Below are positions 41,121 through 51,024 of a DNA stretch of 64,000 nt, one piece after another. Each line of letters begins with the position of its first letter. Positions within the stretch are counted from its first letter, which is position 1. The stretch spans positions 2,996 to 66,995 of the forward strand of contig CAZOUV010000004.1 of the NCBI GenBank assembly GCA_964583105.1, written 5' to 3'. The stretch is from an uncultured Gammaproteobacteria bacterium (GTDB taxonomy: Bacteria; Patescibacteriota; Microgenomatia; UBA8517). A program made the position numbers and the translations under genes. Under the pieces are notes generated by a model. That model saw only the letters and a list, made by a program, of their open reading frames with translations, was not told the origin of the DNA and made no database searches.

Positions 41121-44048
41121 TTAAAGGTATTTGGCTGTATATGAGTTTTTGGATTTTATAAGATCTTTAACACTTCCTTTTGCAACAATTTGACCCCCAC
41201 CTTCTCCTCCGTCAGGACCTAAATCAATTACATAATCCGCATTTTTAATTACATCGGTATTATGTTCAATCAAAAAAACACTGTTTCCCCGGTCAACCAA
41301 AAGCCTTAATACTTTTAATAATTTTTCAATATCTGCAAAATGAAGACCCGTGGTAGGTTCATCAAGTATATAAACGGTTTTTCCTGTTGCTTTTTTGCTA
41401 AGTTCTGAAGCAAGTTTTACTCTTTGAGCTTCTCCTCCGGAAAGAGTTGTTGCGGGCTGTCCCAGTTTAATATAACCCAAACCAACTTCTTTTAATGTTG
41501 CAAGTTTAGAAAGTATCATCGGATATCCATCAAAAAAATCGTATGCGTCATTTACGGTCATCTTAAGAATATCGGCAATATTTTTATTTCTAAATAAGAT
41601 ATCCAAAGTTTGAGAATTATATCTTTTGCCATGACATATATCGCAGGTAATCCAGATATCACTCATAAACTGCATTTCAATTTTTGTTTGACCCTGTCCT
41701 TCACAAGCCTCACACCTTCCCCCTTTTAAATTAAAGGAAAACCTGCTTTTTTTAAATCCTTGTGCTTTTGATTCTCTGAGATTAGCATAGACGTCCCTTA
41801 TGGGATCAAATACACCCGTATATGTTGCAGGGTTGGATCTTGGAGTTCTTCCAATCGGAGATTGATCAATAAGTATAACTTTATCTATTTCTTCTTTACC
41901 TTCCAAACGTTCAAATTTTCCGACACTTCCTCTATAGTCAGGGTTTAAATAACTAAAAAGAGCCGGATAAAGGGTTTCTACAAGAAGTGTCGATTTTCCG
42001 CTTCCAGAAACACCCGTAACCACAACAAGATTAGCCAAAGGAAATTCTACATCAATTTTTTTAAGGTTGTATTGGCAACAACCGTATAGTTTAATTTTTT
42101 GGGTTATTTCAGCATTTTTAAATGTTTTTGGGATTATTATTTTTCTTTTGTTGGAAAGAAATTGGCCCGTTATGGATTTTCTATTTTTTGATATTTCGGA
42201 AGGATTACCCTCAAAAACAATTTTTCCTCCGTTATCTCCAGCACCAGGGCCAAAATCAAAGACGTAATCGGCCTGCTTGATCATTTCTCTATCATGCTCA
42301 ACAACAATAACAGTGTTTCCCAAATCCCTTAATTTTTTAAGAGTATTTATAAGTTTTTGATTATCTTTTTGATGCAACCCGATTGTGGGTTCGTCTAAGA
42401 CATATAAAACTCCGGTTAATCCGGAACCTATTTGAGAAGCAAGCCTTATTCGTTGGGCTTCTCCTCCAGAAAGACTTCCTGCTTCTCTTGCAAGTGTAAT
42501 ATACTCAAGACCGACAGAAGAAAGAAAATTAAGTCTCGAAATAATTTCGTTTAATATTAAATTTGCTATCTCTTTTTCTTTAAGATTAAGTTTTTTTTCT
42601 TTAATTAAACTGACAGACCACTTAGTAATTTTTAAGATTGACAAATTTGTAACATCGGAAATTGATAATCCGTCAATTGTTACAGCTAAAGATTCCTTTT
42701 TTAATCTTTTACCTCCACATTGTTCGCAGACAATTTCTCTCATAAATTTTTCAATTTCCCCCTTTACGTAATCCGAAGTCGATTCTTTATATCTTCTATC
42801 CAAGTCTGCAATTATTCCAATAAACGGTTCTTGGATTCTTGTATACCTTCCCCATCTATTTTCTCCCTCAACCGTATACAAATGATTTCCGGTACCGTAA
42901 AGAAGAAGGTCGATTTCGTTTTTGGAAAGGTTTTTTATAGGAATTTTTGGGTTAATAGCATTATCTTTACAAACAGTTAAAAACGTTCTTGAATACCATG
43001 TTTCATGTTCAAACATTGAGGCAAACGGTAAGATCCCTCCTTCGGTTATAGATAATTCTTCTGCAAACAATAACTCCTTTTCTACTCTAAGAATTTTACC
43101 GAGCCCTGAACATTTGGGACAGGCTCCATGAGGAGAATTAAAAGAAAAATTTCTTGGTTCAATTTCTGCTATTTGAATATTATCTACGGGACATGCAAAT
43201 TTTTCAGAAAAAGTGTGATTTATAAATTTTTTAGGATACTCGGGAATACTAAAACCGGTGTCTTTAACGGCTGCAAAAATAGCATTTCCTTCTGAAAGAT
43301 TAAGCGCCTGCTGAAATGATTCCGAGAGCCTTACTTTTAAATTATCTAAAAAAATACTATCTTTAATATTTGTTTTGGTTAAGGATATTTTATCTATAAC
43401 TACTTCAATTGTGTGTCTGTTGGTTTTAATTAAAACAAAATCTTCGGATAAATCTTTAATAATTCCATCAAGTCTTATTTGCTTATATCCTTTAGCCTTA
43501 AGGTTATCAAAAAGAGATGAGAATTCTCCCTTTCTGTCTGCTACAACGGGTGAAAGAATTAAAAACCAACCTTTATGATTTGTTTTAACCTCTTCAAAAA
43601 CAATTTCCAATGATTTTCCTACAATTTGATCAAGTGTTTGATGAGAAATTTCCCTGCCGCATGTTGGACAATGAGGATGTCCGATACGGGCATAAAGGAG
43701 CCTTAAATAATCATAAATTTCAGTTACTGTCCCAACCGTACTTCTTGGATTTCGGGATGTGGTTTTTTGATCGATTGATATTGCTGGAGAAAGTCCTTCT
43801 ATATGATCACAATCGGGTTTTTCCATAATACCAAGAAACTGTCTAGCATATGTTGAAAGTGACTCAACATATCTTCTTTGGCCTTCGGCATATATGGTGT
43901 CAAAAGCCAGAGAACTTTTACCGCTTCCTGATACACCTGTAAAAACAACAAGTTTGTTTTTGGGAATATCAAGATCTACGTTTTTAAGATTATGCTGTCT
44001 TGCTCCTCTTATTTTAATATAATCCTGCATAATAAAATCCCGCCGCAT
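41121..44048 (-). CDS. uvrA: excinuclease ABC subunit A
   Basis: Two ABC ATPase modules (FTGVSGSGKSSLAFDT... and VTGVSGSGKSTLLVE...), two LSGGEAQR signature motifs, and zinc-finger Cys clusters. 975 aa. Confidence 0.95.
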   Translation of the reverse strand: MRRDFIMQDYIKIRGARQHNLKNVDLDIPKNKLVVFTGVSGSGKSSLAFDTIYAEGQRRYVESLSTYARQFLGIMEKPDCDHIEGLSPAISIDQKTTSRNPRSTVGTVTEIYDYLRLLYARIGHPHCPTCGREISHQTLDQIVGKSLEIVFEEVKTNHKGWFLILSPVVADRKGEFSSLFDNLKAKGYKQIRLDGIIKDLSEDFVLIKTNRHTIEVVIDKISLTKTNIKDSIFLDNLKVRLSESFQQALNLSEGNAIFAAVKDTGFSIPEYPKKFINHTFSEKFACPVDNIQIAEIEPRNFSFNSPHGACPKCSGLGKILRVEKELLFAEELSITEGGILPFASMFEHETWYSRTFLTVCKDNAINPKIPIKNLSKNEIDLLLYGTGNHLYTVEGENRWGRYTRIQEPFIGIIADLDRRYKESTSDYVKGEIEKFMREIVCEQCGGKRLKKESLAVTIDGLSISDVTNLSILKITKWSVSLIKEKKLNLKEKEIANLILNEIISRLNFLSSVGLEYITLAREAGSLSGGEAQRIRLASQIGSGLTGVLYVLDEPTIGLHQKDNQKLINTLKKLRDLGNTVIVVEHDREMIKQADYVFDFGPGAGDNGGKIVFEGNPSEISKNRKSITGQFLSNKRKIIIPKTFKNAEITQKIKLYGCCQYNLKKIDVEFPLANLVVVTGVSGSGKSTLLVETLYPALFSYLNPDYRGSVGKFERLEGKEEIDKVILIDQSPIGRTPRSNPATYTGVFDPIRDVYANLRESKAQGFKKSRFSFNLKGGRCEACEGQGQTKIEMQFMSDIWITCDICHGKRYNSQTLDILFRNKNIADILKMTVNDAYDFFDGYPMILSKLATLKEVGLGYIKLGQPATTLSGGEAQRVKLASELSKKATGKTVYILDEPTTGLHFADIEKLLKVLRLLVDRGNSVFLIEHNTDVIKNADYVIDLGPDGGEGGGQIVAKGSVKDLIKSKNSYTAKYL

Positions 44049-44167
44049 TTCTCGGTGGTAGAAGCATTATAATCCAAAACTTAGATTACTTAAAGATTGA
44101 CGTTTTTAGGATATAAGTTTTCAAATAATTTACTTCTACAATTTTATAGAGTAAAATCTCAGTTAAT

Positions 44168-44383
44168 ATGGAACATAGAGCCACATATGTACCCGATTTA
44201 CGTTCAATTCCTTTAAGTTCTGTAGATAAAGAAAAACAAATACCTGGCTATATAATAGCGGATATGGGTAAAGTTATTGACATTTCCAGTATTTTTAATA
44301 ATCTGGCATATTGTAAACTACCAAAAAGCGAACAATGTAAACGCTGTGTTGCTAGAGAAAACTGTCCCGAATTAGTACATTAA
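44168..44383 (+). CDS. hypothetical small Cys-containing protein
   Basis: 71-aa ORF between uvrA and uvrB; C-terminal CKRCVARENC. Confidence 0.25.
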   Translation: MEHRATYVPDLRSIPLSSVDKEKQIPGYIIADMGKVIDISSIFNNLAYCKLPKSEQCKRCVARENCPELVH

Positions 44384-46389
44384 CCTGAAATTTCTTTTAT
44401 CTTGTCCCTTATTTCCGCAGCAAGTTCGAAATTTAGATCCTGTGCAGCAAGTACCATTTCTTTTTTTAATCTTACTATTAACCTTTTTTTATCCATCGGC
44501 GTTAATCCTTCCAGATCGACATGGGGAAGTTTTTCAAACGTACTTTCTTTTTTTCCGAATATTTTCTCCATAGTTTGCTCTTCGTCTTCTTCTATGAGTT
44601 TTTCCCTTATCGGTTTTTGAATTGATTTTGGAGTAATACCATGTTTTTTGTTATAACTGACTTGATATTTCCTTCTTCTTGTGACCTCGTCAAGTGCCCT
44701 CTGCATGCTTCCTGTAACTTTATCCGCATACATGATCACCCTGCCTTCAACGTGTCTTGCCGCTCTTCCCATTGTTTGAATAAGAGTTACGTCAGAACGC
44801 AAAAATCCTTCTTTATCTGCATCAAGAATGGCAACTAACGAAACTTCCGGAAGATCCAAACCCTCCCTTAATAAATTGATTCCTACAAGAACATCGTATT
44901 TTCCTTTTCTTAAGGAATCTAAGATGTCTCCTCTATCCAATGTTTTAACATCAGAGTGAAGATAGTGAACCTTAAAACCCTTTTCTTCCAAATAAGATGA
45001 GAGGTCTTCTGCTGTTTTTTTGGTAAGGGTTGTAACCAGTGTCCTTTGTTTTTTTGCTACCTGTTTTTTTATTTCCTCCATACAATCAGCAACCTGGTTA
45101 GTTACTGGTCTTATATCAACTTGAGGATCGGGAATCCCCGTTGGTCTTACAAGTTGTTCCACAACGTTTTTACCCGACATTGAAAGTTCCCATTCGGAGG
45201 GAGTTGCCGAAAGTGCAACAAAATTAGGAATTCTTCTTATAAATTCTTCAAATTTTAAAGGTCTGTTATCAATTGCCGCTGGTAACCTAAAGCCATAATC
45301 GATTAAAGTTTTTTTTCTGGAATAATCTCCTGCATACATTCCTCTTACTTGAGGAAAAGTCATGTGGGATTCATCAACTATTACAAGCCAGTCTTTTCCA
45401 TATGGCTGATTAAAATAATCAAGCAAAGAATATGGTGCTTCCCCTGGTTTTCTTCCGTCAAAATATCTTGAGTAGTTTTCTATACCTTTGACGTATCCTA
45501 ACTCCTGTATCATTTCCAAATCGTATGTTACTTTTTGTTTTATCCTTTGTGCTTCTAAAAGCTTACCTTTTGATTTAAAGAACTTAAATCTATCCTGCAT
45601 ATCTTTCTTTATTTGATCAACGGTTTCTTTGTTTTTGGTAGGATCGGTCATAAAATGCTTTGCTGGATAAAGAATGAAGTTACCGTTAGTATTTTTAATG
45701 TTTTGACCTGTAACGGGATTTATTATTTCCACATTTTTAATTTTGTCTTCTAAAATTTCTATTCTTACTGCTTCGTCCTGATAAGAAGGATATATATCTA
45801 TTCGTTCGCCTCTTATCCTAAAGGTTCCTCTATGAAATCCAAATTCGCTTCGTTCGTATTGTAAGTCCAGAAGTCTGTCTATTATCTGTTTTCTTGTTAT
45901 TTTCATTCCCAGACTAAATTCAAACACGAAATGACCATATTCTCTGGGAGAACCTATGTTGTAAATACAAGAAACAGAGGCAACAACAATCGTATCTTTT
46001 CTTGTAAGAAGGTTTGTTGTTGCTGCAAGTCTTAATTTATCAATAAGTTCATTTATATCCGAGTCTTTTTCGATGTAGGTATCAGTTGAAGGTATATATG
46101 ATTCTGGCTGATAGTAGTCATAGTAAGAAACAAAATAGGAAACAGCATTTTGGGGAAACAAATCCCTCATTTCCTGATATAACTGTCCCGCAAGAGTTTT
46201 ATTATGGGAAATGATTAATGTTGGTTTTTGCAGTTTTTCAATTACATTAGCTATGGTAAAAGTTTTACCGCTTCCTGTTACTCCAAGTAAAGTCTGATAT
46301 TTTTGATTTTTTTTAATATTTGCGACTATTTTACCGACCGCATTTTTTTGGTCAGGTATCAATGAATATTTGGATAAAAGTTTAAACAT
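44380..46389 (-). CDS. uvrB: excinuclease ABC subunit B
   Basis: SF2 helicase motifs (GVTGSGKT; VDESH), a UvrB beta-hairpin region, and a C-terminal UvrB/UvrC-interaction coiled coil. 669 aa. Confidence 0.95.
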   Translation of the reverse strand: MFKLLSKYSLIPDQKNAVGKIVANIKKNQKYQTLLGVTGSGKTFTIANVIEKLQKPTLIISHNKTLAGQLYQEMRDLFPQNAVSYFVSYYDYYQPESYIPSTDTYIEKDSDINELIDKLRLAATTNLLTRKDTIVVASVSCIYNIGSPREYGHFVFEFSLGMKITRKQIIDRLLDLQYERSEFGFHRGTFRIRGERIDIYPSYQDEAVRIEILEDKIKNVEIINPVTGQNIKNTNGNFILYPAKHFMTDPTKNKETVDQIKKDMQDRFKFFKSKGKLLEAQRIKQKVTYDLEMIQELGYVKGIENYSRYFDGRKPGEAPYSLLDYFNQPYGKDWLVIVDESHMTFPQVRGMYAGDYSRKKTLIDYGFRLPAAIDNRPLKFEEFIRRIPNFVALSATPSEWELSMSGKNVVEQLVRPTGIPDPQVDIRPVTNQVADCMEEIKKQVAKKQRTLVTTLTKKTAEDLSSYLEEKGFKVHYLHSDVKTLDRGDILDSLRKGKYDVLVGINLLREGLDLPEVSLVAILDADKEGFLRSDVTLIQTMGRAARHVEGRVIMYADKVTGSMQRALDEVTRRRKYQVSYNKKHGITPKSIQKPIREKLIEEDEEQTMEKIFGKKESTFEKLPHVDLEGLTPMDKKRLIVRLKKEMVLAAQDLNFELAAEIRDKIKEISG

Positions 46390-46473
46390 GAGAACTAAAT
46401 TTTATCATGAAATATAAAAAATTATATTCGGATATTGTTTGGCTTTGATATGGTAAGTTCCAGTTGACGAATC

Positions 46474-47127
46474 ATGGAAATGTTTCGTAATATTTATGTA
46501 TTAAATATGGCATTAGTTGTTTACAAAAGACAAGCTCAAATACTGGATTTTATTAAGCAGCATATTCAGTCTAAAGGTTCTGCTCCAACATTGAGAGAAA
46601 TTGCTGATTCTATTGGTGTTTCATCCTTGGCTACTGTTCATGAACATCTTCAGTCTCTTGTTACCAAAGGACTTATCAAAAGAAAAGGAGGAAAGGTAAG
46701 AAGTATCGAACTTAAAAACATTGATCTGAATTTTAATCCTCAGGGTGTAAGTGTGCCCATACTGGGTTTTATAGCAGCCGGAGCTCCTATTGAACCATAT
46801 ACCGACCCCAACGCAACGATGTCTATTCCTCCTAACTTTTATTCTCAGAAGAAAAGAGTTTATGTATTACAAGTTCGTGGAGAGTCAATGATTGATGAAC
46901 AAATAAGGGATGGCGATTATGTTGTAGTTGAACAGGAAGAAAGCGCAAATAACGGTGATATTGTGGTAGCACTTCTAGATAACGGTATGGCAACTTTAAA
47001 GCGATTTTTTAAAGAAGCAACCAGAATCAGACTTGAACCGGCCAACGCAAAGATGTCCCCTATTTTTGTCAAAAACGTAAGAATTCAAGGAAAAGTCGTG
47101 GGACTTGTAAGAAGATACACAAACTAA
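46474..47127 (+). CDS. lexA: LexA repressor (likely true start at ATG 46507)
   Basis: N-terminal winged HTH (QILDFIKQHIQSKGSAPTLREIADSIGVSSLATVHEHLQSLVTKGLIKR), Ala-Gly cleavage site (IAAGAP), and an S24 peptidase Ser/Lys dyad (GESM ... LKRF). Confidence 0.85.
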   Translation: MEMFRNIYVLNMALVVYKRQAQILDFIKQHIQSKGSAPTLREIADSIGVSSLATVHEHLQSLVTKGLIKRKGGKVRSIELKNIDLNFNPQGVSVPILGFIAAGAPIEPYTDPNATMSIPPNFYSQKKRVYVLQVRGESMIDEQIRDGDYVVVEQEESANNGDIVVALLDNGMATLKRFFKEATRIRLEPANAKMSPIFVKNVRIQGKVVGLVRRYTN

Positions 47128-47363
47128 GTCTTTATACTGTCTGCCAAAGCTTGTAATTTATCGCTGTAAAAACCTCTTTCGTTCATTATAAGCGCGGCAA
47201 TTTTTTCCAAAAGAGTAGAATTAGGATTCTGACAAGTATTAGAATAATTTTTTCTTGCTATTGTAATGGCTTTTGAGTCACCCTCCTCAGTCATTATTGA
47301 AATAGATTCAGCTTCATAAGATGTGATATTTGGTATAATTCCAACAATTTCTTGAATTCCCAT
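47124..47363 (-). CDS. hypothetical small protein
   Basis: 79-aa ORF overlapping the lexA stop by 4 nt. Confidence 0.25.
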   Translation of the reverse strand: MGIQEIVGIIPNITSYEAESISIMTEEGDSKAITIARKNYSNTCQNPNSTLLEKIAALIMNERGFYSDKLQALADSIKT

Positions 47364-47470
47364 ACGTTATATATACCACATACATTATAGTTGTCAAAAT
47401 TTCAATATATATCTATGAACTTTAAGTTGATCCTCTTTAATATTAGATAAATAAATTATAAAATTACTTT

Positions 47471-48118
47471 ATGTCATTTTTTAATACTATTGTGGATATA
47501 TTTCTTCATTTAGATAAAAACCTTGCATCAGTAATAAGTCAATACGGATTTTTGACTCACGGTCTTCTTTTTTTGATTATTTTTATGGAGACTGGTTTTG
47601 TAGTAACTCCGTTTTTGCCCGGAGATTCCCTTCTTTTTGCAGCTGGAGCACTATCTGTCACAAGCTCTCTTAATATCTGGTTTCTTTATTTACTCATGCT
47701 TATCGCAGCAATTTTAGGAGATACAGTTAATTACTGGATAGGTCATTATATAGGGCCCAAAATATTTGAAAAAGAAACGAGATTTATTAAAAAAGAATAT
47801 TTAATTAAAGCTCACAAATTTTATGAAAAATACGGAGGAGCCGCAATCTTTTTAGCAAGATTTGTCCCCATTGTCAGGACTTTTGCTCCTTTTGTTGCAG
47901 GAATTGCCAAAATGACATATAGACACTTTATTGCCTATAACATAATAGGTGGTATCACATGGGTTTCATTATTTTTATGGACAGGATATTTTTTCGGTAA
48001 TTTACCATTTGTTAAAGAAAACTTTCATTATGTTGTTGTGGTAATAATCTTAATATCTATAACTCCGATTATTTACGAATTTATCAAATCAAAAACCAAG
48101 AGATATATCAAAGATTAG
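47471..48118 (+). CDS. DedA/VTT-family membrane protein
   Basis: FLIIFMETGFVVTPFLPGDSLLFAAGAL matches the DedA signature (...PGDSLLF...). 215 aa with multiple TM helices. Confidence 0.7.
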   Translation: MSFFNTIVDIFLHLDKNLASVISQYGFLTHGLLFLIIFMETGFVVTPFLPGDSLLFAAGALSVTSSLNIWFLYLLMLIAAILGDTVNYWIGHYIGPKIFEKETRFIKKEYLIKAHKFYEKYGGAAIFLARFVPIVRTFAPFVAGIAKMTYRHFIAYNIIGGITWVSLFLWTGYFFGNLPFVKENFHYVVVVIILISITPIIYEFIKSKTKRYIKD

Positions 48119-49769
48119 ATAAAAGGTTTCTTCCTGTCATTGCAGAAGGTTTTTCAATACCCTTAAGAGAAAGGATTGTCGGAGCAATATCCGCTAGAAT
48201 CCCGGCAGGCAGTGTTTGAGCTCTACCCATTAATTCTTTTGAAACTGCGATAAAAGGAACAGGATTACCATTATGTTCGGTGTCTATTTGTCCTGTGTGC
48301 GGATCTATCATTTCCTCAGCGTTTCCATGATCGCCTGTAATAATTAAAGTACCATTCAATGTAAGAACCGTATTGGCAATTCTTCCCAAGCATTCGTCGA
48401 GTATCGTGCAAGCCTTAACTGCAGGACCAATACTTCCGGTGTGTCCTACCATATCCGGGTTAGCAAAATTTACTAATATAAAACCATAGTCAAAAGGTTC
48501 TTTCAGTTTTGAAATTAAGGCTTCTGTTATTTCATAAGCCGACATTTCAGGTTTAAGGTCGTATGTGGCAATTTTTTGAGAAGGAATAATCAATCTTTCT
48601 TCTCCAGAAAAGGGCTCTTCTCTTAGGCCGTTAAAATAATAAGTTACAAATCTTTCTTTTTCACTTTCAGCAATTCTTAATTGTTTAAGGTTGTTATCAG
48701 AAATAATTTTACCTAAGGGAATATCTACATGTTCGGGTAAAAAAGCCGGATGAGTTCCCGCATCTATAAGCGATTTACTATATTCAGTCATGGTTACAAA
48801 ATAGAGATTTTTTAATTTATTTCCTCGATTAAAAACACTATCCCTTTTTTCAACCTTTTCTACCAAATGAGTTTTTTCGTATTTTTCCAAATAAGGATCA
48901 AAATCCAAAAAGATGCTTTGGTTTGAAAAGTCATCAACCACAAATGCGGCTGTCAATTGCCGTGGTCGGTCTATTCTAAAATTGAAAAAGATTACGGCAT
49001 CATTATCTTTAATAGTTGTAAGCGGTACGCCACTTGAATCTGTGATTATTGAAGGAGTGATAAATTCATCAGTTTTACCCTCTTTATAAGACATTTCTAT
49101 AGCCTCTTCAGGTGTTTTAACCAACTGGCCAATACCTTTTGTTAATGCCATATATGCCTTTTCGGTTCTTTCCCAACGCCTGTCTCTATCCATAGCCCAA
49201 TACCTTCCCATAACGGAAGCTATTGTTCCCACTTTTTCTCTCTGAATATCCTCTCTGACCTTTTTGATATATTCACTTGCTGATGTTGGAGGCGAGTCTC
49301 TTCCATCGGTAAATAAATGAAAAAAGACCTTATTTTGTAATGCAGACTTACCCATTAAATCGATAATTGCTGTCAAATGTTCCATATCCGAATGAATTCC
49401 TGAAGCTCCGACCAAACCCATGATATGAAGATTTGAAGAATTATTTTTGACATGTTCTATGGCACCCAAAAAAGCGGAATTTTGAAAAAATAAACCATTT
49501 GCAATAGACATACTTATTCTTTTTAAGTCCTGATAAACAATTCTTCCTGCTCCAATATTTAAATGCCCTGTTTCGGTATTGCCAGCTTCACTTCTTGGTA
49601 GGCCGACCGACTCTCCTGAAGCCGTAAGATGTGTGTGAGGGTATGACGCCCAAAATCTGTTCATGTTAATTGTATTTGCCTGCGATATGGCATTACCAGG
49701 TCCCGGAGGGGCAATTCCCCATCCATCTAAAATTACAAGACAAACAAATTTTGAATTAGTGAGTTTCAT
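48108..49769 (-). CDS. gpmI: 2,3-bisphosphoglycerate-independent phosphoglycerate mutase
   Basis: N-terminus MKLTNSKFVCLVILDGWGIAPPGPGNAISQANT... is the iPGM start; 553 aa; glycolytic neighbourhood with eno. Confidence 0.85.
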   Translation of the reverse strand: MKLTNSKFVCLVILDGWGIAPPGPGNAISQANTINMNRFWASYPHTHLTASGESVGLPRSEAGNTETGHLNIGAGRIVYQDLKRISMSIANGLFFQNSAFLGAIEHVKNNSSNLHIMGLVGASGIHSDMEHLTAIIDLMGKSALQNKVFFHLFTDGRDSPPTSASEYIKKVREDIQREKVGTIASVMGRYWAMDRDRRWERTEKAYMALTKGIGQLVKTPEEAIEMSYKEGKTDEFITPSIITDSSGVPLTTIKDNDAVIFFNFRIDRPRQLTAAFVVDDFSNQSIFLDFDPYLEKYEKTHLVEKVEKRDSVFNRGNKLKNLYFVTMTEYSKSLIDAGTHPAFLPEHVDIPLGKIISDNNLKQLRIAESEKERFVTYYFNGLREEPFSGEERLIIPSQKIATYDLKPEMSAYEITEALISKLKEPFDYGFILVNFANPDMVGHTGSIGPAVKACTILDECLGRIANTVLTLNGTLIITGDHGNAEEMIDPHTGQIDTEHNGNPVPFIAVSKELMGRAQTLPAGILADIAPTILSLKGIEKPSAMTGRNLLSNL

Positions 49770-51015
49770 TTTCTATGGAAGAAAGTCTATTATATTTTGC
49801 CACTCTTTCGCCCCTTGCCGGTGCTCCAAACTTTACATAATCGGCCCCAACTCCTACAGAAAAATCAGCTATAAAGGAGTCATTTGTCTCACCCGATCTA
49901 TGTGAAACAACTATTTTCCAATTAGCTTCTTTAGCTAATTTAATAACTGACAATGTTTCTGAAATGGTACCTATTTGGTTTGGTTTTACCAAAATTGCAT
50001 TACAGGATTTTTCATTAATTGCCTTCTGAACTCTTTTTGGGTTAGTGACTAAAAGGTCGTCTCCAACAATTGAGACTTGCCCCCCAAGTTCTGATGTAAT
50101 TTTACCCCAACTTTCCCAACCGTCTTCGTAGAAGGGATCTTCGATTAATGCAAGGTGATACTGATTATTAATTGCCTTGTAGTATTCTAAAAGACCGTAA
50201 TCATCAAGTGGAGAAGATTTATCCTTAATTAGATATTCTCCGTCCTTGTAAAAAGAAGATGCTGCAACATCAAGTCCCAGAAATACATCTCTCCCCATCT
50301 GATATTCGGTTTCTTTTATTGATTCGACAAAAAGCTCTAGAGCATCTGCATTTGTAAAAAGATTGGGGGCAAAACCACCCTCATCTCCAACAGAATGAAT
50401 GGCCCCCTTTCTTTGCAAATTCGCTTTTATCGAGTGATATATTTCTACACCAGACTGTAGTCCCTGTGAATATGTTTTTGAAGACGTTGGAATAATAAAA
50501 AACTCCTGAAAATCTAGATTACCGGCTCCATGCTTGCCTCCATTTATCATATTAAATAGAGGAATTGGAATTTTAATATCTGTCTTGATACCTGTTTTTT
50601 TGGCCAGTTCAAAAATATAAGAATAAAGCGTCAGTTTAGAATCACTGGCTCCCAATTTTGTTATAACCTCAGAAATAGCTAGTAGAGCATTTGCTCCAAA
50701 TTTTGACTTGTTTTCAGTTCCATCCAATTCAATAAGTTTTTTGTCAATAGAAAATATGTCAATTGTGTCCATTCCAACTATTTGCGGTGCTAATGTATTA
50801 TTTATATTCTGAACGGCCTTTAAAACACCAAGACCAAAATATCTTTCCCTATCATTATCTCTAAGCTCTATTGCCTCATGAATACCGGTAGAGGCTCCCG
50901 ATGGTACCGATGAAACAGCCACATACCCGCTTTCCGCCTGAGCCATTATTTCTATTGTGGGGTTTGCCCTCGAATCAAGTATTTCCCTTGCCCAAATTTT
51001 ATTAATTTTACTCAT
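49756..51015 (-). CDS. eno: enolase
   Basis: N-terminus KINKIWAREILDSRANPTIE and the enolase signature IVVSHRSGETND. 419 aa. Confidence 0.95.
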   Translation of the reverse strand: MSKINKIWAREILDSRANPTIEIMAQAESGYVAVSSVPSGASTGIHEAIELRDNDRERYFGLGVLKAVQNINNTLAPQIVGMDTIDIFSIDKKLIELDGTENKSKFGANALLAISEVITKLGASDSKLTLYSYIFELAKKTGIKTDIKIPIPLFNMINGGKHGAGNLDFQEFFIIPTSSKTYSQGLQSGVEIYHSIKANLQRKGAIHSVGDEGGFAPNLFTNADALELFVESIKETEYQMGRDVFLGLDVAASSFYKDGEYLIKDKSSPLDDYGLLEYYKAINNQYHLALIEDPFYEDGWESWGKITSELGGQVSIVGDDLLVTNPKRVQKAINEKSCNAILVKPNQIGTISETLSVIKLAKEANWKIVVSHRSGETNDSFIADFSVGVGADYVKFGAPARGERVAKYNRLSSIENETH

Positions 51016-51024
51016 TTTTAATTT

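Noticed and set aside
41121-46389. Multiple short plus-strand ORFs inside uvrA and uvrB (e.g. 42067..42267, 42720..43131, 43375..43828, 44402..44838)
   Set aside because: All are antisense to large, highly conserved repair genes. Spurious.
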